Below, piece after piece: positions 27,820 through 37,209 of a stretch of DNA of 64,000 nt. Made by a program: the position numbers and the translations under genes. Every line of letters starts with the position of its first letter. Within the stretch, counting starts at the first letter, position 1. The notes beneath the pieces were generated by a model that had not been told where the DNA came from, ran no database searches, and saw only the letters and a list, made by a program, of their open reading frames with translations. The stretch comes from Thermoplasmata archaeon. Lineage in GTDB: Archaea > Thermoplasmatota > SW-10-69-26 > JACQPN01 > JAJPHT01. The stretch covers positions 32,488 through 96,487 of the forward strand of contig JAXDQU010000124.1 in NCBI GenBank assembly GCA_034667685.1. The letters are read 5' to 3'.

Positions 27820-28746
27820 CTAGCGCCACCCGCGCCGGTTGCCGAAGTCACCACCGGGGCGGCGGTCGTCGCGCGGGGGCGGGGCGCGGTCCTCGCGGGG
27901 CTGCCACTTGCCCTTGCCGGGGGGCGGGCCGCGCTTGTCCTCGCGGGGGCGGAAGCCGCCGCCACCGCCGCCTTCGCGCTTCTGGAAGCCGCCCTGCTGG
28001 CGCGGGCGCTCGTCGCGGCGCTGCTCGTAACGCGGCCGCTCCTCGCGGCGCTCCTGCTGCGGTTGGGGCTGCGGGCGCTTCCTGCCCGTGCCGGGGCGCA
28101 GGACGAGCGCCGCGTGGTCGCGCTCGAAGGGCCCGAGGTCGATGCTGTCGACGACCTCGTAGCCGCTGCGCTCCTCGACCTCGCGGGCGACCTGCTCGTA
28201 GACCTCGCGCGGGTGCGCGGCGACGTTCACGCTGCGCGCCTTCACCGCGATCATCGCCACGTCGGGCTTGAACGCCTCGATGTTCTTGGCGAAGATGGCG
28301 GCCTGCTGGCGCTGCGCGATGTCCTGGAAGAGGAAGTCCACGTGGCCGACGTAGCGCTCGTAGAGCTCGGGGCGCCAGGCGTCCGCGAGCACGGGCACGA
28401 TGTTGGCGCGCGGCTCGCTCATGCGCAGCAGGTCGCGGAAGCTACGCGGGCTGAACTCGACGGCGACCATCGTGCCTTCGCGGACGATGTCGCTGACGTG
28501 CGAGGGCGTCGTGCCGTTCGCGGCGCCGAGGTACACGATGGTGCTGTTCGCGCGCAGCTCGACGGCGCGGCCGCCCTTCACGAGGTACGCGCCCAGCTTG
28601 CTCTTCGTGGGGTTCCACGTGCGGAACTCGGCGCCCTCGACGGTGTGCAGTTCCTCGTCGTAGACGCGCTGACCGGGCACGAGGCTGCGCGAGAGGATGC
28701 GTCCGTCGTCGAACGCGATGACGTTGGGCAGGAGCTCGCGCGCCAT
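27820..28746 (-). CDS. flpA: Fibrillarin-like rRNA/tRNA 2'-O-methyltransferase with a low-complexity C-terminal tail
   Basis: RVYDE, WNPTKSKLGA, VYLGAANGTTPSHVSD, AVEFS and FQDIAQ. Confidence 0.95.
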   Translation of the reverse strand: MARELLPNVIAFDDGRILSRSLVPGQRVYDEELHTVEGAEFRTWNPTKSKLGAYLVKGGRAVELRANSTIVYLGAANGTTPSHVSDIVREGTMVAVEFSPRSFRDLLRMSEPRANIVPVLADAWRPELYERYVGHVDFLFQDIAQRQQAAIFAKNIEAFKPDVAMIAVKARSVNVAAHPREVYEQVAREVEERSGYEVVDSIDLGPFERDHAALVLRPGTGRKRPQPQPQQERREERPRYEQRRDERPRQQGGFQKREGGGGGGFRPREDKRGPPPGKGKWQPREDRAPPPRDDRRPGGDFGNRRGWR

Positions 28747-29915
28747 CAGCGGCCACCCCCGCGGAACTTGGCCTTGCCTTGGAAGCCGCCGCCTCCGAAG
28801 CCTCCGCCGCCGCCACCGCGCGGGGGACCCTGCGGGCGTCCGGTGAAGCCGGCCTTCTTCTGCTTGATGCGCTTCATGCGCTGGCCCTTCTCCTTCAGCG
28901 CTTCGGCGCGCTTGGCGAACTCCTCCGCGAGGCGCGCGCCGCTCTCCTTGCTCTTGGTGAACACGTCCGCGCGGGCCGCGAGCGCGACCTTCGCCGCGAG
29001 GCTGCGCGCGAGGGCGCCGCGCTGGTGGCGGGGGGCACGGTGGACGAGCGGGTGCTGCATGAGGAAGCCGTGCTTGGGGGGGCGCTTGCCCTCCTTGATG
29101 TGGCGGAAGAGCGCCTTCTCGGCGCCCAAGGTCTGGATGGTGCCCGCGGGCATCGTGGCGAGGCGACGGATGCCGCCGGCCTGCTTCACCATGCGCGCCG
29201 CGAGGACGGGCTGGAGCAGCACCGACACGTTGGGCGCCACCTCGGGCATCGCCTGGTCGAGGTACTTCTCCAGCTCGGCGCGCGTGCTGTAGAGGGTGCT
29301 CGCGGTGCGCGCGAGCTGGCGCACGGCGGCCTGCTCCAGCTCGGGCAGGGGGCCGCCCATGCTGGAGGCGATCTTGTATTGCGGCTGCGCGGCCATGATC
29401 GCGTCGCGGTCCGCGTGGCTGGAGATCAGCGCGGCGACCTCCTCGTTGGGCTGCGAGGCGTCGACCATCTCGGGGAAGTGGAGGCCGTACCACTCGCGGA
29501 GGCGCTCCACGAGGATGTTGGCCTGCTCGTGCAGTTCGTCGATGGCGTCCACGGCCTGCACGACGTGCATGTCGCGCTTGGACGACGCCGTGCGCACGCC
29601 GCTGCGGCCCAGCTCCATCGTGGCCTGGTGGAGCAGCTTGCGGTCGTAGCCGTACTGCGCGGCCTGGTCGGCCATGCTGGGCGCCTTCGTGACGTGCTTC
29701 GCGGAGGGCAGGCGCACTTGGCGCATCTCGCGGACCTGCACGTCGCCCTCGGCGCGCACGGCGAGCTGGCGCTCCTCCTCCAGGATCATCCCGTCCTGGA
29801 GGCGCTGGAGGATGGTGGCGAGCGCGGCGGCGTCCTTGGGGAAGAGCCGCTCCTCCTTGACGGAGCCGTCCTCGGCGAGGAGGAACGCGCCGAACCACTC
29901 GGTGATCAGGAACAT
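28746..29915 (-). CDS. nop5: Nop5 (Nop56/58) C/D-box RNP scaffold
   Basis: ERLREWYGLHFPE, APNV, PAGTIQTLGAEKALF and PPKHG. Confidence 0.95.
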   Translation of the reverse strand: MFLITEWFGAFLLAEDGSVKEERLFPKDAAALATILQRLQDGMILEEERQLAVRAEGDVQVREMRQVRLPSAKHVTKAPSMADQAAQYGYDRKLLHQATMELGRSGVRTASSKRDMHVVQAVDAIDELHEQANILVERLREWYGLHFPEMVDASQPNEEVAALISSHADRDAIMAAQPQYKIASSMGGPLPELEQAAVRQLARTASTLYSTRAELEKYLDQAMPEVAPNVSVLLQPVLAARMVKQAGGIRRLATMPAGTIQTLGAEKALFRHIKEGKRPPKHGFLMQHPLVHRAPRHQRGALARSLAAKVALAARADVFTKSKESGARLAEEFAKRAEALKEKGQRMKRIKQKKAGFTGRPQGPPRGGGGGGFGGGGFQGKAKFRGGGR

Positions 29916-29940
29916 GACACGCGGGCAGACCCCATCTCCT

Positions 29941-29949
29941 GTATAAAGG
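29941..29949 (-). promoter_or_regulatory. TATA box of the nop5-fibrillarin operon
   Basis: Minus-strand CTTTATAC about 27 nt upstream of the nop5 ATG, consistent with a leaderless archaeal transcript. Confidence 0.55.
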
Positions 29950-29966
29950 GGAGGGCGGGGAGCACG

Positions 29967-30068
29967 GGGAGGCCGAGGGAGGCTTGGGGAGGCCGAGGGA
30001 GGCGAGGGGAGGCTGAGGGCGGAGAGGGGCACGTTCCCTCGCCTCCCTCAGCCTCCCTCAGCCTCCCT
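29967..30068. repeat. Intergenic imperfect hairpin of 10-nt tandem units (GGCYGAGGGA / GCCTCCCTCA)
   Basis: Five G-rich 10-mers followed by about three complementary C-rich 10-mers. Confidence 0.8.
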
Positions 30069-30110
30069 GCGCGGCAAGCCTTCAAGTGCCCCAGGTCGCG
30101 TGCGCCGCGC

Positions 30111-31193
30111 GTGCTCTACGACCTCGCCCGGCCCGTGCTCTTCCGCATGGACGCCGAGCGGATCCACGAGTTCATGGTCAGGCGCCTGGAGCGCTGGGGC
30201 CGGAGCGAGCGGATCACGCGGTCGCTGCGCGCGCGCTACTTCATGGAGGACACGCGCCTCTCGCAGGACCTCTGGGGGCTGCGCTTCCCCAACCCGGTCG
30301 GGCTCGCGGCGGGCTTCGACAAGAACGCGCGCCTCGTGAACGCCATGCCGCACCTGGGCTTCGGCTTCGTGGAGGTCGGCACGGTCACGAGCGAGGCGCA
30401 GGCCGGGAACCCCAAGCCGCGCCTCTTCCGCCTGCCCCAGGACCGCGCGCTGATCAACCGGCTCGGGTTCAACAACGAGGGCGCCGACGCCGTGGCCGCG
30501 CGCCTGGCGAAGAGCGGCCCGCACGTCGTGCCCGTGGGCGTCAACATCGGCAAGGCGCGCCGCGTGCCCAACAGCGAGGCGACGCAGGACTACCTCCGCA
30601 CGTTCGAGAGGCTCTCGCCCTACGGCGACTACTTCGTCGTCAACGTGAGCAGCCCGAACACGCCGGGCCTGCGCGACCTGCAGGCGCGCGACAGCATGGA
30701 GGACCTCGTCCGCGCGCTCAAGTCGAAGAACGCCGAGCTTGCGCGCGCGCAGGGCGCGAGGCCGCGGCCGCTGCTCGTGAAGATCGCGCCCGACCTCCAG
30801 CCCAAGGACCTCGAGGCGTTCGTCGAGGTGGCGAAGGCCGAGAAGCTCGACGGCATCATCGCGACGAACACGACCGTCACGCGCGCCGGCCTCAAGACGC
30901 AGATCCAGCAGGAGGGCGGGCTCTCGGGCGCGCCCCTGCGCGAGCGCGCGACGGCGATGATCCGCGAGGTCCACCGGCTCGCCGACGGGCGCATCCCGAT
31001 CGTGGGCGTGGGCGGCGTCTTCACCGCCGAGGACGCCTGGGAGAAGATCCAGGCCGGCGCGAGCCTCGTGCAGCTCTACACGGGCTTCATCTACGGCGGC
31101 CCGGAGACGGCGCGCCAGATCAACGAGGGGCTCGTCGAATTGCTATCGGCGGCCGGCTACGAGCACGTGGCCGACGCGGTCGGGACGGGCTGA
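30111..31193 (+). CDS. pyrD: Quinone-dependent (class 2) dihydroorotate dehydrogenase
   Basis: NPVGLAAGFDKN, INRLGFNN, NVSSPNTPGLR and GGLSG. Confidence 0.95.
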   Translation: MLYDLARPVLFRMDAERIHEFMVRRLERWGRSERITRSLRARYFMEDTRLSQDLWGLRFPNPVGLAAGFDKNARLVNAMPHLGFGFVEVGTVTSEAQAGNPKPRLFRLPQDRALINRLGFNNEGADAVAARLAKSGPHVVPVGVNIGKARRVPNSEATQDYLRTFERLSPYGDYFVVNVSSPNTPGLRDLQARDSMEDLVRALKSKNAELARAQGARPRPLLVKIAPDLQPKDLEAFVEVAKAEKLDGIIATNTTVTRAGLKTQIQQEGGLSGAPLRERATAMIREVHRLADGRIPIVGVGGVFTAEDAWEKIQAGASLVQLYTGFIYGGPETARQINEGLVELLSAAGYEHVADAVGTG

Positions 31194-31253
31194 GCCGCAG
31201 TTCAACCGTCCTGATAGGCCGGACCGAGGTCCGGCCGTGTGGGCGGCGGCTGA

Positions 31254-31808
31254 TCACTCGATCGGGATGCCGCGGCCGCCGCTCTCCTCGACGTCCGTCT
31301 TCGGCAGCGTCACGTGGAGCACGCCGTTGGCGAAGCGCGCGTTCGCCTGCTCGGCGCGCACCTCGTCGGGCAGCCGGATGACGCGGTCGAACGTCATCTG
31401 CGAGCGCTCGCGGCGCAGGTAGGTCGTCGCCTCCGGCCGCGCCGCGCTGCCGCCCGAGCGGCCCGCGCCGCGCTTGAGGGTGCGCTCCGCCTGCTCGCCC
31501 AAGGTGGGCTGCGTCGTCTCGCGCGTCTCGTCGCGCTCCGCGCGGAGCCGGATGACGTTCTCGCGGATCGTGAGGCGGATGTCCTCCTTGCGCACGCCGG
31601 GCAGCTCGGCGGTCAGCACGTAGCGGTCGCCCTCGTCGGCGAGATCGACCCTCGGCACGCGCGGGCCGTTCGCCTGGAGGTCCCCGAGACCGCTGCCCGC
31701 CCCGAGGCGCGGGACGCCGCCGAGGCCGCCGCCCCAGCCGGGGAGGGTCGCGCGGCGCATGTCGTCGAAGATCGCGTCGAAGTCCGAGTAGGGGTCCTGG
31801 TAGGGCAT
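31254..31808 (-). CDS. Hsp20/alpha-crystallin small heat shock protein
   Basis: PRVDL...AELPGVRKEDI...A.F.NGVL.V.LPK and a C-terminal IPI motif. Confidence 0.92.
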   Translation of the reverse strand: MPYQDPYSDFDAIFDDMRRATLPGWGGGLGGVPRLGAGSGLGDLQANGPRVPRVDLADEGDRYVLTAELPGVRKEDIRLTIRENVIRLRAERDETRETTQPTLGEQAERTLKRGAGRSGGSAARPEATTYLRRERSQMTFDRVIRLPDEVRAEQANARFANGVLHVTLPKTDVEESGGRGIPIE

Positions 31809-31943
31809 GGGTGCACCCGCGCCCCCAGCGTCGCGCGCGGTGCAAATGAGCATCGGCTCCCGACGCTTCGAAGGCCCCTCGCCTCCCCGCTGGGCGCAAC
31901 CATTTGCTTATACCTCCGAACCGGGATGGCGCGGATTGAGATC

Positions 31944-32177
31944 ATGGCCGTCGGCTTCGTCCTCATCAGCGCCGCCCCCTCGAAGGAGCACGAGGTCTAC
32001 AACGCCCTGCTGAAGGTCCCCGAGATCGTCGAGCTGCACCCGCTCTTCGGCGAGTACGACCTCATCGCCAAGATCGAGGGCAGCGACTTCGACACGCTGG
32101 GGCACATCATCGTCAACAAGATCCGCACGATCGAGGGCGTCATGGATACCAAGACGCTCACCGGGACGCGGTTCTGA
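31944..32177 (+). CDS. Stand-alone Lrp/AsnC ligand-binding (RAM) domain protein
   Basis: GFVLI...LFGEYDLIAK...IRTIEGV.DT.TL; TTATA about 30 nt upstream. Confidence 0.9.
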   Translation: MAVGFVLISAAPSKEHEVYNALLKVPEIVELHPLFGEYDLIAKIEGSDFDTLGHIIVNKIRTIEGVMDTKTLTGTRF

Positions 32178-32178
32178 T

Positions 32179-32493
32179 ATGGCCTGGCCCGACGCCATCG
32201 CCGTCTTCAGCGGCGTCCTCGTCCTCGCCTTCGGCCTCACCATCCTCTTCTCCGGTCTCTTCACCGCCTACTTCGGCGCGGGCAAGAGCCGAAAGATCGG
32301 CCTCGGCCTCGTCATCGTGGGCCTGCTGACGCTCTTCGCCTGGACGACCATCACGTTCAACATCCGCGTCATCACCACGGTGGACGCCTGGAACGCCGAC
32401 CAGATGGGCGTGGGCGTCGCCGGCGTCGTCGCCGGGGCGCTGGGCGGCCTCGTCGCGCTCGGGCTCTTCCTCGTCGCGATCATGCGGGCGTGA
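32179..32493 (+). CDS. Small three-TM membrane protein
   Basis: Hydrophobic ORF with GLFTAYFGAGKSR; immediately follows the Lrp-domain gene. Confidence 0.8.
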   Translation: MAWPDAIAVFSGVLVLAFGLTILFSGLFTAYFGAGKSRKIGLGLVIVGLLTLFAWTTITFNIRVITTVDAWNADQMGVGVAGVVAGALGGLVALGLFLVAIMRA

Positions 32494-32496
32494 CCC

Positions 32497-32729
32497 CAGC
32501 CTCAGCCTCAGCCTCAGCCTCTAGCCTCAGCCTCAGCCTCGGCCCGAGCCTATGGCCCCGACTCCTCCAGCCACAGAGGACACAGAGGTCACAGAGGCGG
32601 CTTTTCTCGTCCCTCTGTGGCTGGAAGGATGGAGGCTGACGCTACAGGCTTGGGCTGAGGCTGAGGCTATGGGCTTGGGCTGAGGCTAAGGCTGAGGCTG
32701 AGGCTACAGGCTTGGGCTGAGGCTGAGGC
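32497..32729. repeat. Nested inverted tandem repeats: outer (CAGCCT)n...(AGGCTG)n and inner 9-nt (CACAGAGGN)3...CCTCTGTGG
   Basis: Hexamer arrays at about 32497-32550 and 32635-32729 are complementary; inner stem TCCAGCCACAGAGG / CCTCTGTGGCTGGA. Confidence 0.9.
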
Positions 32730-32795
32730 GGGGGGCCGGAACGGACCTCCGGCTGCTCCAGCATTGGCTTATTCCCCCTCGCGAACCGCCGCAGC

Positions 32796-32921
32796 ATGGA
32801 ATCCCGCGCCCACCTGAACCATGCGGTCTGCCGCCACTGCTTCGGAACCGGGGAGCTGCGGCGGGAGGGCGTGGCGGCCGTCGAGTGCCCCGAGTGCCTG
32901 GGCGCCGGCGCGATGCGATAG
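32796..32921 (+). CDS. DnaJ-type (CxxCxGxG x2) zinc-finger microprotein, 41 aa
   Basis: MESRAHLNHAVCRHCFGTGELRREGVAAVECPECLGAGAMR. Confidence 0.7.
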   Translation: MESRAHLNHAVCRHCFGTGELRREGVAAVECPECLGAGAMR

Positions 32922-33016
32922 CGGCGCCGCGCGGTTCGCTCGATGCTGCATCCCTCCGGGTGCATCACCCGGTTTGTTTCAAAGGGCTCAAAAGCTCCAC
33001 CCACGTGGCTCCCCGC

Positions 33017-33148
33017 ATGGCCTCGCGCGCGCGCCCTTCGCAGCACCCGGGACTCTGCGCCCGCTGCCAGGGCGCCGGCGTCTCGGCGCGGGCGCTGACG
33101 GGCTGGGTCTACTGCCCCGACTGCCACGGGCACGGCGTCGTGGCGTAG
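33017..33148 (+). CDS. DnaJ-type (CxxCxGxG x2) zinc-finger microprotein, 43 aa
   Basis: MASRARPSQHPGLCARCQGAGVSARALTGWVYCPDCHGHGVVA. Confidence 0.7.
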   Translation: MASRARPSQHPGLCARCQGAGVSARALTGWVYCPDCHGHGVVA

Positions 33149-33210
33149 GTCCCGAGCCCGATTCCGATTCCTTGTCCGAGCCCTGCACGTGGGACCCACA
33201 GGGCCCGGGT

Positions 33211-34212
33211 TCAGCTCAGCGTCGGGTTGTCCCACGTCACGACGAGGAACGCCGGCTCGTTGTACGGGACGTTCGCCGTGACCTCGACGTTGTAGACGCC
33301 GCTGCCGGTGACGTAGACCGTGATCGGGCTCGTGACGTTGGAGAGGTCCTCGGCGGTCAGCGGGAACGCCTTGCTGTAGGGCGCCTGGGGCGTGACCTGG
33401 CCCGTGTCGGTGTACCCCTTGCCCACGGGGATCGTGACGGTGATGGTGCCCACGCCGACGTTGGCGGGCGCGCCGGCCGGGGCGGCGGAGGTGCTGTTCA
33501 CCGTGATCGTGAAGGGCAGCGCGCCGGCTTCGACCGGGATGGCGACGCTCTGGTTCCCGTTGGGCCCGCTCATGGTGAGGTTGCTGTCCACGTGCACCGG
33601 CGCCTTCGTGAAGTTCATGCCGTCCGGGTGGACCAGCTTGAGCATGGCCTGCGCCTGGCCCGGGTAGGTCTTGGCGTCGGCGGGCGCGCTCGGGTCGAAG
33701 GGCGAGGTGCCGTCCTTCTTGGTGATCTTGCCGTCGGGCCCGCGCACGGCGTCGTCGTAGACCATCAGGTGCGCGGCCCAGAGGTTGCCCGCCTGGCCCA
33801 CGAAGGGCTTGCCGTCGCGGAGGATCTGCGCGAAGCCGTATGCGACGACCTTGCCGTGGACCTTCGGGATGCTCGTGTCGGCCGTGCCGGAGTCGCCGTG
33901 CTCGGTCAGGCCGAACGCGACGCCGCCGTCCTGGAACGGCTTCCCGTCCTGCTGCTTGAACTGGTCGAAGATGACCTGGTACTTCGAGCCCAGGTAGGTG
34001 AAGTTCGCGAACACGCCGCCCGCGTTGTCGGCGTTCCGGACGTAGCCCTCGAGCGTCGCGTCGCCGCCCGCGAGGCCCGCCCCGTCGTAGGCCCAGCCGG
34101 GGCTCACCTTGCCGCCGGTGGCCTTGATCGTGTAGGCCGCGGGCGTGTTGTCTTTGCTGAAGCAGCCCGCGAGGACCAGCAGCACGAGGGCGAGCGCGAG
34201 GACGAGGCGCAT
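33211..34212 (-). CDS. Secreted lipoprotein of unknown function
   Basis: Signal peptide with LAGC lipobox; strong codon bias. Confidence 0.85.
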   Translation of the reverse strand: MRLVLALALVLLVLAGCFSKDNTPAAYTIKATGGKVSPGWAYDGAGLAGGDATLEGYVRNADNAGGVFANFTYLGSKYQVIFDQFKQQDGKPFQDGGVAFGLTEHGDSGTADTSIPKVHGKVVAYGFAQILRDGKPFVGQAGNLWAAHLMVYDDAVRGPDGKITKKDGTSPFDPSAPADAKTYPGQAQAMLKLVHPDGMNFTKAPVHVDSNLTMSGPNGNQSVAIPVEAGALPFTITVNSTSAAPAGAPANVGVGTITVTIPVGKGYTDTGQVTPQAPYSKAFPLTAEDLSNVTSPITVYVTGSGVYNVEVTANVPYNEPAFLVVTWDNPTLS

Positions 34213-34262
34213 GGACGCGCATCCTGAGAGCCCTTCTAAGCTGTTGTGGCGCGGCCGCGAAA

Positions 34263-35054
34263 TCACGCGACGTCCAGCGTCCCGACCATCCCGGTCCACT
34301 TCCCATTGCCGCCCTTCGCGCTGTGCAGCTCGCAATAGTATTGCAGCGAGCCGGCCGCGTCGAGCTTGAGCCAGACGTCATGCGTGGAGCCCGGCGCGAG
34401 GTCGACGCGCGCGCCGCTCTCGGGCTGGTCGAAGACGTGGTCCGCGCTCCCCGCGTTGCGCACGTGGAGCAGCACGAGCTTGCCCACGGGGACGTGGAGG
34501 CTCGCCGGCTCCCACGCGTCGTCCCGGGCCGTGAGGTTCAGCTCCGCGTCGGCGTGCGCGGCGACGACGCTGCCCTGCGCCGGGGGCACGTAGGCCTTCA
34601 CCTCGTAGGCCGTGGCGACGCCGGCCAGGAAGACCGCGACGCACACGGCGACGGCGGCGATGCCCAGCGGCGTCGGGCTCGCGGGGGCGCGCCGCGCGTG
34701 CGCGATGGCGGCCACGAGCGCGCCCACGCCGGCGACGACGGAGAGCCACCAGAACGTGTACTCGTTGAAGCGGTCGGGCCGCAGCGCGCCCGGGTCGCCG
34801 TTGGCGGGGTCGCTTCCCGTGAGCGCGGCGATGGAGCCGGAGATCGCGTACACGAACGCGAGGATGCCGCCCGCCAGGAGCATCCACCGGTTGGGCCACC
34901 GGATCGCCACGAGGCCGAGGAGCGCCATCGGGATCAGGAAGAAGGGCACGGGGCCGAAGCCCAGCCACGCGAAGCCGCGCACCTCCAGCGTGAGGACGAC
35001 GACGGGAAGGATCAGCGCGACGACCAGGAACGTGCGGGAGAGCGACCAGCCCAT
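34263..35054 (-). CDS. Membrane protein with C-terminal cupredoxin (type-1 Cu) domain
   Basis: Five TMs, then N....H.F...YYCELH...GM.G.L.V. Confidence 0.85.
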   Translation of the reverse strand: MGWSLSRTFLVVALILPVVVLTLEVRGFAWLGFGPVPFFLIPMALLGLVAIRWPNRWMLLAGGILAFVYAISGSIAALTGSDPANGDPGALRPDRFNEYTFWWLSVVAGVGALVAAIAHARRAPASPTPLGIAAVAVCVAVFLAGVATAYEVKAYVPPAQGSVVAAHADAELNLTARDDAWEPASLHVPVGKLVLLHVRNAGSADHVFDQPESGARVDLAPGSTHDVWLKLDAAGSLQYYCELHSAKGGNGKWTGMVGTLDVA

Positions 35055-35086
35055 GCGCGGCGCAACGGCGCGCCGACGGATGACCC

Positions 35087-36020
35087 TCACGTCGGGAGGG
35101 ACGCGAGCCGCGCTTCCCAGCCCTTGGGGCCGGCGACGACCTGGATCAGCATCGGCGCCGCGCCGTTGCGCACCGGCAGCGCGCTGCCCTGTGGCTGGAC
35201 GAACAGCAGCGTCTGGAGGCCCGAGGCGGTCACGCGCGCGTAGCGGTCGCGGTTGCCTTCGCCGTCTCGACGGCGCTCACGAGGTTGCCGGCCCCAGGCG
35301 TGGAGGCGCAGACGGACCCGATCAGGCAGCTGCCGCCCACGAGGGGGGCCGCGCCCGCGATGAGCCCGACGTCGCCGTTGGGCGCGACCGCGATGGCGCA
35401 CGCGAAGACCAGCTCGCCGGGTCCGCTGGGGATCACGAGCGTCGGGCCAGCCAGCGTCCAGACGAACACCCCGGCGGGGTTCGTGTAGCAAGCGTGGGGC
35501 GTGCCGTCGGGGCCCGTGGCGACACCATCGAGGATTCCCGGGCCCCCGTCGAGAAGCGTCCGGGTGAGGACTCCGTCCCGCACGGCCACGAGCGCCTGCC
35601 CGTGGAGGCTCGACTCGGTCACGTAGACGGTCCCGTCGGGAGACACGGCAACGCCCGCGTAGTTCGTGTTTCCCACGGGGGAATCCGGAGGCAGCGCCGT
35701 GAGGCTCCACGCGCCCGCCGACGCGCGCACCGCCAAGAATGACCCGAAGCTGCTGTGATGAGCGCCGCGTCGATCCCGTCCACCGAGTCCGAGGCGATGG
35801 AATAGATGCGATCGCCCGGCGGCAGCAAGGGAGCGCTCGTGACGCTTCCGTCGGGCGCCACGTCGTAGGCGCGCGCCGAGCCGTCGCTCGCGCTGACGAA
35901 CGCAAGGTACGACGTCGCATCGCGGGCCACGAGGCCGACCGCATCCACGTCGCCCTGCGCGACGAGGGTGCCATCGGGCGCGGCGTGGGCGGGCGTAAGG
36001 CTTGGCGTCCGAAGGATGAA
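35087..36020 (-). pseudogene. Frameshifted/truncated beta-propeller-like gene remnant
   Basis: Protein-like segments run in successive frames (...DVAPDGSV...; ...VAVSPDGTVYV...; ...RVTASGLQTLLFV...), with shifts near 35740 and 35250 and no clear start. Confidence 0.5.
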
Positions 36021-36044
36021 ATCGGAGTGGCCCGATCCGCCCGC

Positions 36045-37205
36045 ATGCAGAAGGCCGCCATCGTGGGCGCGGGCATGACCGCGTTCGGCGTGCGCCCCGA
36101 GAGCCCCAAGAAGCTGTTCGCGGAGGCGACTGCGGTCGCCTTCGCGAGCGTCGAGAAGGGCATGGACGCCAAGGACGCGCAGGAGGCGTGGATCGGCTCG
36201 ACCGCGTTCGGCGGCTGGCAACTGGGCAACACCGCGGCCTACCTCGCGGAGCAGGCCGGGTTGCCCGGCATCCCGGCGCGGCGCGTCGAGAACGCCTGCG
36301 CCAGCAGCGGGTTCGCCCTGCGCGACGCCGTGCTCGCGGTGCGCAGCGGCGCGGTGGACGTCGCGCTCGTGGGCGGCTTCGAGAAGATGAACGACGTGGG
36401 CGGCATCCACAAGCGCTACTGGCTCGGCGTCAGCGGCGACACGCCCTGGGAGCGCATGGCAGGCGCGACCTTTCCTGGTGTGTACGCGATGATGGCCGCG
36501 CGCCACATGCACGAGTTCGGGACCACGCGCGAGGACCTGGCGAGCGTCGCGGTGAAGAACCACGCGCACGGCGCGAAGAATTCGAAGGCGCAGTTCCAGA
36601 AGGCGATCACGCTGGAGAAGGCGCTCGCCTCCGCGATGGTGGCCTCGCCGCTCACGATGTTCGACTGCTGCTCGACGACCGACGGCGCGGCCGTGGTCCT
36701 CCTGGCGAGCGAGCGGGTGGCGCGCCGCTACACCGACACGCCCGTGTGGATCGAGGGCTCGGGCGCGGCGACCGACTTCCTGGCGGTGCACGACCGGCCC
36801 AGCATGACGACCCTGGAGGCCACGCGCAAGGCCGCGGGCCAGGCCTACCGCGAGGCGCAGGTCGCGCCGAAGGACCTCGACTTCGCCGAGGTGCACGACT
36901 GCTTCACCATCGCGGAGATCCTGGCGACCGAGGACCTCGGCCTCGTCAAGAAGGGCGAGGGCGGGCGCTTCGCGCGCGAGCAGCGCGGCGCGCTCGGGAA
37001 TGATATCGTGATCAACCCGAGCGGCGGCCTCAAGGCGAAGGGGCACCCGCTGGGCGCCACCGGCGCCGGGCAGGCCGTCGAGGCGTTCGAGCAGCTCCAG
37101 GGCCACGCCGGCGCGCGCCAGGCGCAGGGCGCCGAGGTCGGCCTCACGCACAACGTGGGCGGCAGCGGCGCGACGTGCGCGGTCCACGTCTACCGGAGGG
37201 GCTGA
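36045..37205 (+). CDS. Archaeal acetyl-CoA acetyltransferase (thiolase)
   Basis: ENACASS (active Cys), EVHDCFT, KGHPLGATG and HNVGG. Confidence 0.95.
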   Translation: MQKAAIVGAGMTAFGVRPESPKKLFAEATAVAFASVEKGMDAKDAQEAWIGSTAFGGWQLGNTAAYLAEQAGLPGIPARRVENACASSGFALRDAVLAVRSGAVDVALVGGFEKMNDVGGIHKRYWLGVSGDTPWERMAGATFPGVYAMMAARHMHEFGTTREDLASVAVKNHAHGAKNSKAQFQKAITLEKALASAMVASPLTMFDCCSTTDGAAVVLLASERVARRYTDTPVWIEGSGAATDFLAVHDRPSMTTLEATRKAAGQAYREAQVAPKDLDFAEVHDCFTIAEILATEDLGLVKKGEGGRFAREQRGALGNDIVINPSGGLKAKGHPLGATGAGQAVEAFEQLQGHAGARQAQGAEVGLTHNVGGSGATCAVHVYRRG

Positions 37206-37209
37206 TATC

